The notes beneath the pieces were generated by a model that saw nothing but the letters and a program-made list of their open reading frames with translations, had not been told where the DNA came from and did no database searches. Shown one piece after another: positions 9,307 through 18,726 of a stretch of 64,000 nt of DNA (position 1 is its first letter; each line of letters begins with the position of its first letter). A program made the position numbers and the translations under genes. Origin of the DNA: Luteolibacter sp. (GTDB lineage: Bacteria > Verrucomicrobiota > Verrucomicrobiia > Verrucomicrobiales > Akkermansiaceae); the NCBI GenBank assembly GCA_030828305.1, contig JAURCU010000001.1:2820-66819 (forward strand). Direction: 5' to 3'.

Positions 9307-11061
9307 ATGATCCTCAAGTCTTTCAAACACATCTTTTTTTGGCTCTCCGGGGCCGGTGCCGAAACCCTTGAACAATGCCCCAACTGGGAGCAGCGCAAAT
9401 ACGTCGCTTTTGGTGCCACCATTCTGGTTCCCACCCTCTTTGCCTTCATTGCCTGCGCCTACGCGGTTTCCACCCTTACTGACAACTGGCAAATCATCAT
9501 CCCAGTAGCTGCGGCTTGGGGATTCATCATTCTGACAATTGACCGGGCACTTCTCGCCACCTACCGCTCCTTCCAGAGCTTTGGTCGAAAGCTTGGCCAG
9601 TTTTCCTTGCGCATGGTCGTTGCCGCACTGATGGGCGTCACCATTGCTCATCCACTTACCCTGCTGCTGTTCAAGGACAAGATCCATCAGGCCATTGAGG
9701 AGCAACGCGGCATTGAGCTGGAGGATATTGCCAAAAAGTCTGCCACCGCGCAGGCCACCGTTCAGAGCGAGATCGACAAGGTGAATGCCGACATTGCCGC
9801 CAACGACGAGCGCTTCAAAAAGACCTACGAGGCTGAATTCATCGTCGAAGACACCACGGTTGGCGCACACGACCCCAGCGCCGAGCTCGATGCCGAGACT
9901 CGAGCCCAGATGGAGGATAAACTCAAGATCGCAACCGGTCCCGTGGTCACCAAAATTGAAGCCGCAGATGCCAAGATTGAGGAACTCGCCACCAAATACG
10001 AAACTCTTCAGGCAGAGCTCGACTTTTGGCAACGCGAGTTTGAGCGCGAGGTAAATGGTCAGCGCAGTGGACTTGCCGGTGAGGGGCCCAGAGCTCGCAG
10101 CATCCGCGAGGACCAACTGGCCTGGCGTCGTGACGAGGCCAAACGCATCGGTGAGATGCTAGGCTTCCAGACTCAGCAGCGAGACGCCTTCGCTGCCGAT
10201 AAGAAAATGATCGAAGACCAGATCCGCGTCGACTTTGTCGCCATTGCCGCTGACAAGGCCGAGCTGATGAAGGCAGAACGTGAGCGTGTTGCCGCCCTCA
10301 AACGCACGGTGCAGCAAGACCAAGCAAGCCGGTTCACGCAGCAGCAGGATTCCATCCGCGCGAGCATCAAGAACCGTATCGACATCCAGCAGACGGAACT
10401 CGCACGCCTACAGGAGCAGCGCGCCATCGTTGCAAAAAACGGACAGGACCGTATCGAGGCTCTCATGGCCGAGCCGCGACGTGATATTCTCACTCAAACC
10501 CTTGCCTTGCATCACGACATCTTCAAGGATGAAGAGAGCGGTGGTGAGTATGCACTGTACGCGTACGCCATCTTGGCGCTACTCTTCATGCTGGTGGACA
10601 CCATTCCCCTGATTGTTAAGTTCTTTACCAAGCCGGGACCCTACGACGCTTTGGTAGACTGCGAGGAAGTGCGCTACGACCGCGAGCGAAAGACCTTCCT
10701 TGAAAGCTACAACCGCTACATGGAGGGCCTCGCCGCCGGTCGCCTGCTGCATCTCTCGCCTGCCAACAAGCCTCTGGAGCGCTCACTGATTGAAGGAGTG
10801 GATCGCTCGCGCGCCGCCAAGGAATTCATCGAACACCTGATGGATCTTGAACGCTCCTTCCAGGAGAAGATCGCCGATGAACGCGAACTGCTCACCGAAA
10901 TGGCGAAGGCCGACCGCGATGCCGAAAGCATCCACTCCCGAGCCGAGATGCTCGAGGAGATGTCCAAGACCTTCTACGCCGATTTGCGGAGCCGGATGTC
11001 CTCCTTTTTTGAGGATCCAGAGACGGCCAAGGCGGCCGCGAGTGCCGCCACACGGAGTTGA
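9307..11061 (+). CDS. DUF4407-like membrane protein with long coiled coil
   Basis: Three N-terminal hydrophobic helices with IDRALL motif, about 300 aa of E/K/Q/R-rich heptads, a fourth helix with DTIPLIVK, then a helical C-terminal tail. Confidence 0.7.
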   Translation: MILKSFKHIFFWLSGAGAETLEQCPNWEQRKYVAFGATILVPTLFAFIACAYAVSTLTDNWQIIIPVAAAWGFIILTIDRALLATYRSFQSFGRKLGQFSLRMVVAALMGVTIAHPLTLLLFKDKIHQAIEEQRGIELEDIAKKSATAQATVQSEIDKVNADIAANDERFKKTYEAEFIVEDTTVGAHDPSAELDAETRAQMEDKLKIATGPVVTKIEAADAKIEELATKYETLQAELDFWQREFEREVNGQRSGLAGEGPRARSIREDQLAWRRDEAKRIGEMLGFQTQQRDAFAADKKMIEDQIRVDFVAIAADKAELMKAERERVAALKRTVQQDQASRFTQQQDSIRASIKNRIDIQQTELARLQEQRAIVAKNGQDRIEALMAEPRRDILTQTLALHHDIFKDEESGGEYALYAYAILALLFMLVDTIPLIVKFFTKPGPYDALVDCEEVRYDRERKTFLESYNRYMEGLAAGRLLHLSPANKPLERSLIEGVDRSRAAKEFIEHLMDLERSFQEKIADERELLTEMAKADRDAESIHSRAEMLEEMSKTFYADLRSRMSSFFEDPETAKAAASAATRS

Positions 11062-11094
11062 CGCCAAGTCATATCGCCTCATCGTAGCGGAATC

Positions 11095-11469
11095 ATGATC
11101 AAATTCCTTCACACCCGTATCCGCGTTCAGGATCTGGACACTTCCATCGAATTTTACAAGAAGCTCGGTTATGTCGAAAAAGAGCGCAAAGGCTCGCCTC
11201 AGGGCAACCAGTTGGCTTTTCTCGAACTTCCCGGCAACGATGCCTTTCTGGAGCTGACCTGGTCCGAGGACTACAAGACCACTTGTCCGGAGGATCTCAT
11301 GCACACCGCGCTAGGCGTGCCCAACATCATCGAATACTGCGGCAAACTGGAGCAGGGAGGCATTGAGATCTGGCCCTCTGGCTGGATGGAAAAATTCAGC
11401 TCTGGGGAGCGCAAGATGGCCTTCGTAACCGATCCAGATGGCTACGAGGTGGAAATTCTCGAGCGCTGA
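11095..11469 (+). CDS. VOC/glyoxalase family protein (lactoylglutathione lyase-like)
   Basis: FLHTRIRVQDLDTSIEFY, LELTW, AFVTDPDGYEVEI. Confidence 0.88.
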   Translation: MIKFLHTRIRVQDLDTSIEFYKKLGYVEKERKGSPQGNQLAFLELPGNDAFLELTWSEDYKTTCPEDLMHTALGVPNIIEYCGKLEQGGIEIWPSGWMEKFSSGERKMAFVTDPDGYEVEILER

Positions 11470-11631
11470 TCACCACCGGCGAGCGATCCAAACAATAAGG
11501 GAAAAAACATGACCCTTCCGGCCATTTTTGTAGTGGCAGAGCCATCCTGCTCCCTAGTAGCCTGTTTGCAGCTTGTCATTTGGGCAGGCCAACCCTCTTC
11601 ATAAACATCCAACCCACACCCATAATCAACG

Positions 11632-12936
11632 ATGAGCACGTTCCCCTCTGAGGCCGTCAAATACGAAGGCCCTGAATCTAAAAATCCTCTGGCATTCAAG
11701 CATTACAAGGCTGACGAAGTCGTCGCTGGCAAGACCATGAAAGACTGGTTCCGTTTCGGATGTGCCTACTGGCACACCATGCGTGGAAACGGCTCAGATC
11801 CATTTGGTGTGGGCACTGCCGACCATCCATGGGACGACGGCACCGATTCCATCTCCAATGCCCAGAATCGTGCCCGTGTGTTCTTCGATTTCCTCGAGAA
11901 GGTCGGCATCGACTACTACTGTTTTCACGACCGTGACGTCGCTCCCGAGTGCGCCACCTTGGCCGAGTCCAACAAAGCACTCGACCAAGTGGTTGATACC
12001 CTTGAGGAGCTCCAGAAGAGCAGTGGCAAGAAGCTTCTCTGGGGTACTGCCTGCCTCTTCGTGCATCCGCGCTACCAGCAAGGTGCCGCCACCAGTCCCA
12101 ACGCAGACGTGTACGCCTACGCTGCAGCACAGGTCAAGAAGGCGATGGAGGTGACCCACCGCCTCGGCGGGGAAGGCTATACCTTCTGGGGTGGCCGCGA
12201 GGGTTATGCCACCCTTCTGAACACCGACATGAAGCGTGAGCTCGACCACTTGGCTCGCTTCCTCCACATGGCCGTGGACTACAAGAAGGAGATCGGCTTT
12301 GAGGGTCAGTTCTATATCGAGCCCAAACCCCAGGAGCCCATGACTCACCAGTACGATTCGGACAGCGCAGCCTGTCTCAACTTCCTGCGCGAATACGACC
12401 TGCTTGACCACTTCAAACTCAACATCGAGACCAACCATGCCACCTTGGCCGGTCACACCATGGAGCACGAGCTGGCCACCGCTCACGCCGCAAACGCCCT
12501 CGGCAGCATTGATGCCAACATGGGCACCGCAAACGTGGGCTGGGACACCGACCAGTTCCCCACGGATCTCTACTTAACCACCCAGACGATGCTAGCCATC
12601 ATGAAAATGGGCGGCTTCACCACGGGCGGCCTCAACTTCGACGCCAAACGTCGCCGCGAGAGTTGGGAAGCCATCGATCTGGTCCACGCTCACATCGCTG
12701 GCATGGACGCCTTCGCCCGCGGCCTCAAGATCGCAGACAAGGTGCGCCAGGACGGCCGCGTGGATGCCTTCATCAAAGAACGCTACGCGACCTTCGACAG
12801 CGGCATCGGAGCAGACATCGAATCCGGCAAGACCTCGCTCGCCGATCTGGAGAAATACGCGCTCTCCAATCAAGAGCCCATGGTCGCCAGCGGCCGCCAA
12901 GAAGTGATCGAAAGCATCATCAACGACTGCATCTGA
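11632..12936 (+). CDS. xylA: Xylose isomerase (class II)
   Basis: [42 protein letters not shown]. Confidence 0.97.
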   Translation: MSTFPSEAVKYEGPESKNPLAFKHYKADEVVAGKTMKDWFRFGCAYWHTMRGNGSDPFGVGTADHPWDDGTDSISNAQNRARVFFDFLEKVGIDYYCFHDRDVAPECATLAESNKALDQVVDTLEELQKSSGKKLLWGTACLFVHPRYQQGAATSPNADVYAYAAAQVKKAMEVTHRLGGEGYTFWGGREGYATLLNTDMKRELDHLARFLHMAVDYKKEIGFEGQFYIEPKPQEPMTHQYDSDSAACLNFLREYDLLDHFKLNIETNHATLAGHTMEHELATAHAANALGSIDANMGTANVGWDTDQFPTDLYLTTQTMLAIMKMGGFTTGGLNFDAKRRRESWEAIDLVHAHIAGMDAFARGLKIADKVRQDGRVDAFIKERYATFDSGIGADIESGKTSLADLEKYALSNQEPMVASGRQEVIESIINDCI

Positions 12937-12961
12937 TCGACTAGCGGTGTATCATTCACAT

Positions 12962-12996
12962 GGCGGATGTCCACGAGGGCATCCGCCTTTCTCTTT
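12962..12996 (+). terminator. Intrinsic terminator after xylA
   Basis: GGCGGATGTCC-ACGA-GGGCATCCGCC stem-loop followed by TTTCTCTTT. Confidence 0.8.
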
Positions 12997-13431
12997 AATT
13001 GGCCAATCTTCTCATAAAACCGGCCATGCATTGATCATTTGGCGCAGATAATGAATATATCCCACCAACTCAGGAAACGCGATTTGGTTTACTTAGTGAG
13101 AAAGGCTTCGTACGCCCAACATCCTGCCTGCTACCCGGCATGGCTGCAACTTGCCGCGAGTATTTCTTGATGATCCAACATTCCCGCACCGGGCATCACA
13201 GAGCATGACTGCATCCTCCATGAGATGGGGGATCACGATAAGGAAAACAAAATCCACTTCATTCAGGTGATCAAGAATTAGCCGGGGCTACGGCTCATAA
13301 AAGCGCCTTCTTGGGGGTAAGGAAGCCAGCCTCCTGAACGACGCGAACCCCAATGGACCAGGCCGCTGGATCAGGTTACCGACTGCTGCCAATCACTGCG
13401 TGCCAAGCCGGCTCCACGACACGGCGATACC

Positions 13432-13464
13432 AAAAAGCGGATGCCCGTTATCGGACATCCGCTT
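13432..13464 (-). terminator. Intrinsic terminator after the 13489-14388 gene
   Basis: Minus strand reads AAGCGGATGTCC-GATAAC-GGGCATCCGCTTTTT. Confidence 0.8.
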
Positions 13465-13488
13465 GATGAATCCTTGTATGGAAATTGA

Positions 13489-14388
13489 TTATTGATGTTG
13501 GGCGTGGCCCTCGTCATCGAAGTTGCCGGAGGGATCAACACCACCATTGGGTCCACCACTGCCCTGACCGGGGTTGGAGGAGTCAACACCGTCGATGTTG
13601 TTGCCGTGACCGTTGTTGTTCTTGCCCGAGAAGTTCACCAGAGCGACGAAGTCCTGATAGTCAAAGCTGGCACTTGTGCGGTCCGTGCCACCGTATTCCG
13701 CCATGACAAGCAGGCTGTTGGCACCGATTGACACAGTGTTGTCTGAATTGACATAGGGCTGCAGGTAGCCGGCCATATTGCCGGACTGGGGCAGGTTGTA
13801 GGAGGTCGGAATGGAGTCACCATTCTTAAGGGCAACGATCTGCACATTGGAATTCACACCAGTCATGAACGGGGACCAGTTGTCACCATCCACGTAGCGA
13901 CCACCGAAGTTGATGGTTGTGCCTTTGTTGTGTTTTTTGGTGTATGTCGAATGCGTGGGGTCCACGTCAGCATTGGTACCGTAGAAGAGTTGGGTATAGT
14001 TTCCACCTCCCACGCTGATCCGGATTTCCGCAGGAATGGTGTCAACCGACGGACTTGGACCGTTTTGAGTCACACCCACACCCACGACACGAACGTCAAC
14101 GTAAGTGTTGGACTGTATAGTGGTGATTTGAGCGGGAGGAGTCACTGCCGCGAGGTCGGAGACCGTGGTGGGATAGGCGATGGTCCAGTTGAGAGTCGGG
14201 AAAGTACCCGCCTGAACCACTTTGGGAGTGGCGCTGAGGACACCAGCAGGGAATAGAGGATCGGGCAGAGTTATCTTGCTGCTGCCGCTACTGTTATTAC
14301 TGCCGTTGCCACTGTTGGGCGCCGCGAGCGCGGGAAGCCCAAGCAAACCAGCAACGGTTGCAAACACGAGGAGGTGTTTTGGATTCAT
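13489..14388 (-). CDS. Secreted hypothetical protein with C-terminal NNGHGNN..DGVD..NPG..DDE motif
   Basis: Signal peptide (MNPKHLLVFATVAGLLGLPALA), beta-rich T/N/G composition, DYQDFVALV motif, Asn/Gly/Asp-rich tail. Confidence 0.75.
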   Translation of the reverse strand: MNPKHLLVFATVAGLLGLPALAAPNSGNGSNNSSGSSKITLPDPLFPAGVLSATPKVVQAGTFPTLNWTIAYPTTVSDLAAVTPPAQITTIQSNTYVDVRVVGVGVTQNGPSPSVDTIPAEIRISVGGGNYTQLFYGTNADVDPTHSTYTKKHNKGTTINFGGRYVDGDNWSPFMTGVNSNVQIVALKNGDSIPTSYNLPQSGNMAGYLQPYVNSDNTVSIGANSLLVMAEYGGTDRTSASFDYQDFVALVNFSGKNNNGHGNNIDGVDSSNPGQGSGGPNGGVDPSGNFDDEGHAQHQ

Positions 14389-14700
14389 GGTGTGTGTGTG
14401 TTTATTTAATCTAAGCAGGAGATTTAAGGTTCAAATATCTACAATTGTCGATACTGAAAATAAACTGAATTTTGCTTTCTAGGCAATCGTGAGGCGCATG
14501 AGGTGCCCCGCGAACACGTGAGCAGAGGCTTGGCAAGCGCATGTGAATGCTCATGAAATCCCGAAAAATCAGCCATTTTCAATGATGCAATCCTGATTTT
14601 CGAGGGCAGTTGATGATTGTGGGGCAATGAAGCATGGGTTCTAAAAAAACTGCTTAAGGCCTCCCGCTGGTCAGAGCATTTAGTCCAATATAAATCATTT

Positions 14701-17171
14701 TCATTCAAATAAATCTAGCTGAGGTAGGCTTGATTCGGGCTTGGCCGCTTGCCCGGTGTTCTTCGCCTTGGGCTGTTTTTTTGCCTCCGGCTTGGTCGAG
14801 TGCAACTCCAAGTGCGCGAGAATAGATTTGGCCCGCTCCACCACCGGCTTGGGCAAGCCCGCCAAACGCGCGACTTGAATGCCGTAACTCTTGTCGGCCG
14901 CACCAGGTAGAATCTTATGCAGGAATATGATTTCATCATTCCACTCACGCACCGCGACATTGAAATTTTCGACCGCCTGCTTGGCTTGAGCCAGATCCGT
15001 CAGTTCGTGGTAGTGGGTGGCGAAAAGAGTGCGGCAGCCGATTTGATCGTGCAGGTGCTCGGCCACGGCCCATGCGATGGAGAGCCCATCAAAGGTGGCC
15101 GTACCGCGACCGATCTCATCAAGAATCACCAGCGATTGATCCGTGGCATGGTTGAGAATGAGGGCGGTCTCACTCATTTCGACCATGAAGGTGGATTGAC
15201 CGCGTGAGATATCGTCCGAAGCTCCGACCCTGCAAAAAATTCGGTCTACGAGACCCAGTTGGGCAGAGTCTGCCGGCACGTAGGCGCCAATCTGGGCCAT
15301 CAGCGAAATCAGGGCTACCTGACGAATGTAGGTCGACTTGCCCGCCATGTTGGGGCCAGTGAGAATCTGCACTCGCGAGTCCTCGGGATCGAGAGCGGTA
15401 TGGTTGGGCACAAACTTGGAGTCAATGAGCGTTTGTTCGAGGACGGGATGGCGGCCGTTCTCAACGAGATACCCCTACCCTCGTCCAATACGGGGCGACA
15501 ATGGCGATGCAACTGGGCCAAATCAGCCAACCCGCAGAGCACATCAATTTCGGCGACGGCGACCGCGGTCTCCTGGAGCTCGGCGAGATGCTTGCACACA
15601 TCAGCACGCAATTCGGCAAACAACTCCGCTTCAAGTTTCTTGGAGCGCTCCTCGGCACCCAATACCTTGTTTTCCACTTCTTTGAGTGCCGGGGTGATGT
15701 AGCGCTCGGCATTGGCCATCGTCTGCTTGCGGGTGTAATCCTCGGGCACTTTGCCCAAGTGGGTCTTGGTGACTTCAATGAAATATCCGAAGACATTGTT
15801 GAACTTCACCTTGAGTGAATCGATGCCGGTGCGCTTGCGCTCGTCTTCCTGCAGCTTGGCGATCCAATCCTTGCCGTCGCGCTGGGCACCACGCAGCTCG
15901 TCGAGTTCCGCAGACCAACCATCGCGGATGATGCCACCATCGCGCAGGTGGGCAGGCGGTTCCTCAACCAGCGCATTCTCCAGCAGTGAGGTCAGCTGAT
16001 TGAAATCGTGCAACTGATCCGTCAACTCGCACTTGCCCTCCAACAGACTACCCAAGTCCTCGCGCAGGGCTGGCACATGCGAAAGTGAAATGCCAAGTGC
16101 CTGAAGATCGCGGCCATTGCCCGAACCCTGTGACAAGCGGGAAGTGGTGCGCTCAATGTCGCGGATGCCCTTGAGAGACTCGCGGCACTTGGAGAGCACG
16201 TAGGGCTCCTCCAGAAAGGCCGCGATGATGTCCTGGCGGCGAATCAAGCTCTGCAAGTCGCGAAGCGGATGGAGGACCCAATCGCGAAGCAAGCGCGCGC
16301 CCATGGGAGTCGCCGTTCGGTCCAGCACTCCCAGTAGCGTGTGCTCACGGCCACTGCGCGATTCCACCAAGTCAAGGTTGCGCTGAGAAGCGGCATCGAT
16401 CAGCACATGGTCCGCGTTCTGGCGCACCTTGGGCACCTTGATGTGGCCACAAGGCCGCTTGAGTTGATGGATGAGGTAGTGCAAGACTCCACCTGCGGCC
16501 CCACAGGCAGCTGGCAGGTCGGCGCAACCGAAACCGTCCAGGGAGTGCACATGGAAGTGCCCCTTGAGGAGATCGGTCGCATGCTCGGGCTCAAAGGCGT
16601 AGCCATCGTAGGGCATGCTGTTGGCAATGGGGCCGAACTCATCCTGCAAGTGATCGGGAATCAATAATTCGGAGGGGGACAGCCTGGCTACCTCGTCATT
16701 GAGTTGGCCAATGTCAGCGTATTCGGCGACCGCGAACTCGCCAGTGGTGTGATCCACACAGGCCAATCCCCAGACCTTGCCCGTGTGATGAAGGGCAGCA
16801 AGGTAGTTGGAGCGTTTGTCCTCGAGCAAACTCAAGTCATCGATGGATCCCGGCGAGAGGATGCGCGCGATTTCACGCTCCACTAGCTTGCCGGGTTTGG
16901 GCTCCGAGGTTTGCTCGGCGAGCGCCACCCGCTTGCCCGCCTTGAGCAGGCGCGCAATGTAGCCCTGGGCGGCATGGAAAGGCACGCCACACATTGGGGT
17001 TTCACCACGCCTGGTGAGCGCCACGTTGAGGATGGGTGCCGCGGTCTTGGCATCCTCGAAGAACATCTCGTAGAAGTCGCCGAGGCGGAAAAAGAGAATG
17101 ATATCGGAGGGCAGCGACTTCCGCATGGCCGTGTATTGGGCCATCATCGGGGTCTTGGAGGATCCTGCCAT
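14701..17171 (-). pseudogene. mutS: DNA mismatch repair protein MutS, split by a 1-bp frameshift near 15467 (true pseudogene or sequencing error)
   Basis: N-terminal ORF has TPMMAQY and FFRLGDFYEMF. The second frame gives [11 protein letters not shown]...[38 protein letters not shown]. Minus strand reads GGTATC|TCGTTGAGAAC where GGT ATC CTC GTT GAG AAC would join the frames. Confidence 0.9.
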
Positions 17172-17229
17172 GGGAGGCAGTCTGAAGAGAGCGTCGAAGG
17201 GAATCAAGTAGGCATCGGACACAAGGGCA

Positions 17230-18678
17230 TCAGAAGTTCAGGGCCACCCCGCTGGTGAAGAGCAGGTCGTGATGGGCGCGGCCGTTGACTGGAAGATTCT
17301 CGTAGCGACTCTCAAGCTCCCAGCGCCAAGAAAGGTGGCAATTGAGCTTGGTCTCGAGTGCCAGCTTGCTGGCAAGCACGTAGCGCTCGGGCTCATCCAA
17401 GGCGCTGGTGGCCTCGATAGACTGCCTCAGACGCAGCTTATTGCTGAACCTGTGCCTAAGGCGCTCCACCAGTCTGAGTGATGGATACTGGCCATAGCCA
17501 TTGCCGGTCTGCTCGAAACTCATCATCGGTCCAATCTCCAGGTCCAGGCGGGTGCGCTCTTGCTCGACAAGCTTGCGCCCCAACAGAGCGGATGGCGTGA
17601 AGCGGTAGCCGATGTCAGCCAGGTCATCGCGCAAAAAACCCGCGGCCATGCCGAGGTAAAGCGGATCCCTCAGTTCGCGGTTGAGTTGGAGTCGCGAATG
17701 CAGGCGATCGGTGGAAGTCTGACCTGCATCCTCGGCAAAATGGTAAGCAAACTCCCAGGATAATTCGCGCTCCTCCCCAGTATACTCGCTAGCCCAGTTA
17801 AGCTTGAAGCCGGTCTTGTCGGCATTGCCCCGGTTGAATGTGAGGCCAAGGGCCGCCGTGCTTTCCCAAGCGTCGTCGGTAGCCAGCCCCGTGCCGAGCA
17901 CGGCATTGCTGACATCCGATCCTGGCGAGGGCAAATCTTGCTCGCCGGAAAAGGAGTAATGTAAGCCGACCAAGAGGGCGGTGTCCGAGCGGCCCTGCGC
18001 CAACGCCGGCGCGGTGTCGACACGGTGGCGAATGAAGGTCCTCAAAGAGAGGCTACTGTTGAGTTTGTTTTCTAGGCCAAGCTCCAACTCGTAAACCGAA
18101 TCTGCAGCATCCTCGACACGCGGCGTCCAGGACAAGGACTGCCACAGTTTGACCTCCCTGCTGAAAAGATACTCGAAGCGCTGGGACAGGCGCGCCGTCA
18201 TGTATTGCTCGCTCATTTTGCCCTTTCTTTCCCAAGCATAACCGGGACCGAACTCAAGCGAGAGCGTGGCCTTCTCCTCCTGAAGCAAGTGGCGACCCAG
18301 CATGATGCTGGTGTCGATGCGGTAGTCGATGTCAGCAACTGCATCGGTGAGGACAGATCCATAATGACTGAGATACCAATGTTCATCGAGATCGCGCGAG
18401 AGTTGCTCGTGGAACTTGGTGCTATTGGAACTCTCCACTGTGTCGTTCTCGGCAAAGAAGTGATCGAGACCCAACCGGGCATCATAAAGCTCACCTTCGT
18501 ATTCCCCCAACAGTTGGAGCGAGTAGGCCAGGGACTCCGAGTTGCCATCAGCCACAGAGAGCGAGCCGGTAGCCGACAGACTCCATGGGCAAACCACTCT
18601 TTCTTTGGCCCAAACCGCGCCAGCCCCGAAGGGCAGCACGTGGACGGCGAGAATACTCAGTCGCTTCAATATCATCAC
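17230..18678 (-). CDS. Outer-membrane protein with two tandem DUF481 (YdiY-like) beta-barrel domains
   Basis: Signal peptide; two similar ~215 aa halves (GN..., D..ADIxYR, L.LE.GP, final amphipathic strand GLHYSF / GVALNF); terminal Phe. Confidence 0.75.
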   Translation of the reverse strand: MMILKRLSILAVHVLPFGAGAVWAKERVVCPWSLSATGSLSVADGNSESLAYSLQLLGEYEGELYDARLGLDHFFAENDTVESSNSTKFHEQLSRDLDEHWYLSHYGSVLTDAVADIDYRIDTSIMLGRHLLQEEKATLSLEFGPGYAWERKGKMSEQYMTARLSQRFEYLFSREVKLWQSLSWTPRVEDAADSVYELELGLENKLNSSLSLRTFIRHRVDTAPALAQGRSDTALLVGLHYSFSGEQDLPSPGSDVSNAVLGTGLATDDAWESTAALGLTFNRGNADKTGFKLNWASEYTGEERELSWEFAYHFAEDAGQTSTDRLHSRLQLNRELRDPLYLGMAAGFLRDDLADIGYRFTPSALLGRKLVEQERTRLDLEIGPMMSFEQTGNGYGQYPSLRLVERLRHRFSNKLRLRQSIEATSALDEPERYVLASKLALETKLNCHLSWRWELESRYENLPVNGRAHHDLLFTSGVALNF

Positions 18679-18726
18679 CCCCCTTCCTGTGCACGGCTGG
18701 CTGGTGGCTTCAAGGGTTAAGCTTCC

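Noticed and set aside
13051-13170. 39-codon ORF (MNISHQLRKRDLVYLVRKASYAQHPACYPAWLQLAASIS) in the spacer between the twin hairpins
   Set aside because: Too short and featureless to call without conservation or expression data.
14391-14400. (TG)5 microsatellite next to the start of the secreted protein gene
   Set aside because: Only five units and fits the A/C-rich start context seen across the window.
15455-15480. Programmed ribosomal frameshift as explanation for split mutS
   Set aside because: No X XXY YYZ slippery site, stop-codon shift site or downstream structure is evident, and I know of no recoding in mutS.
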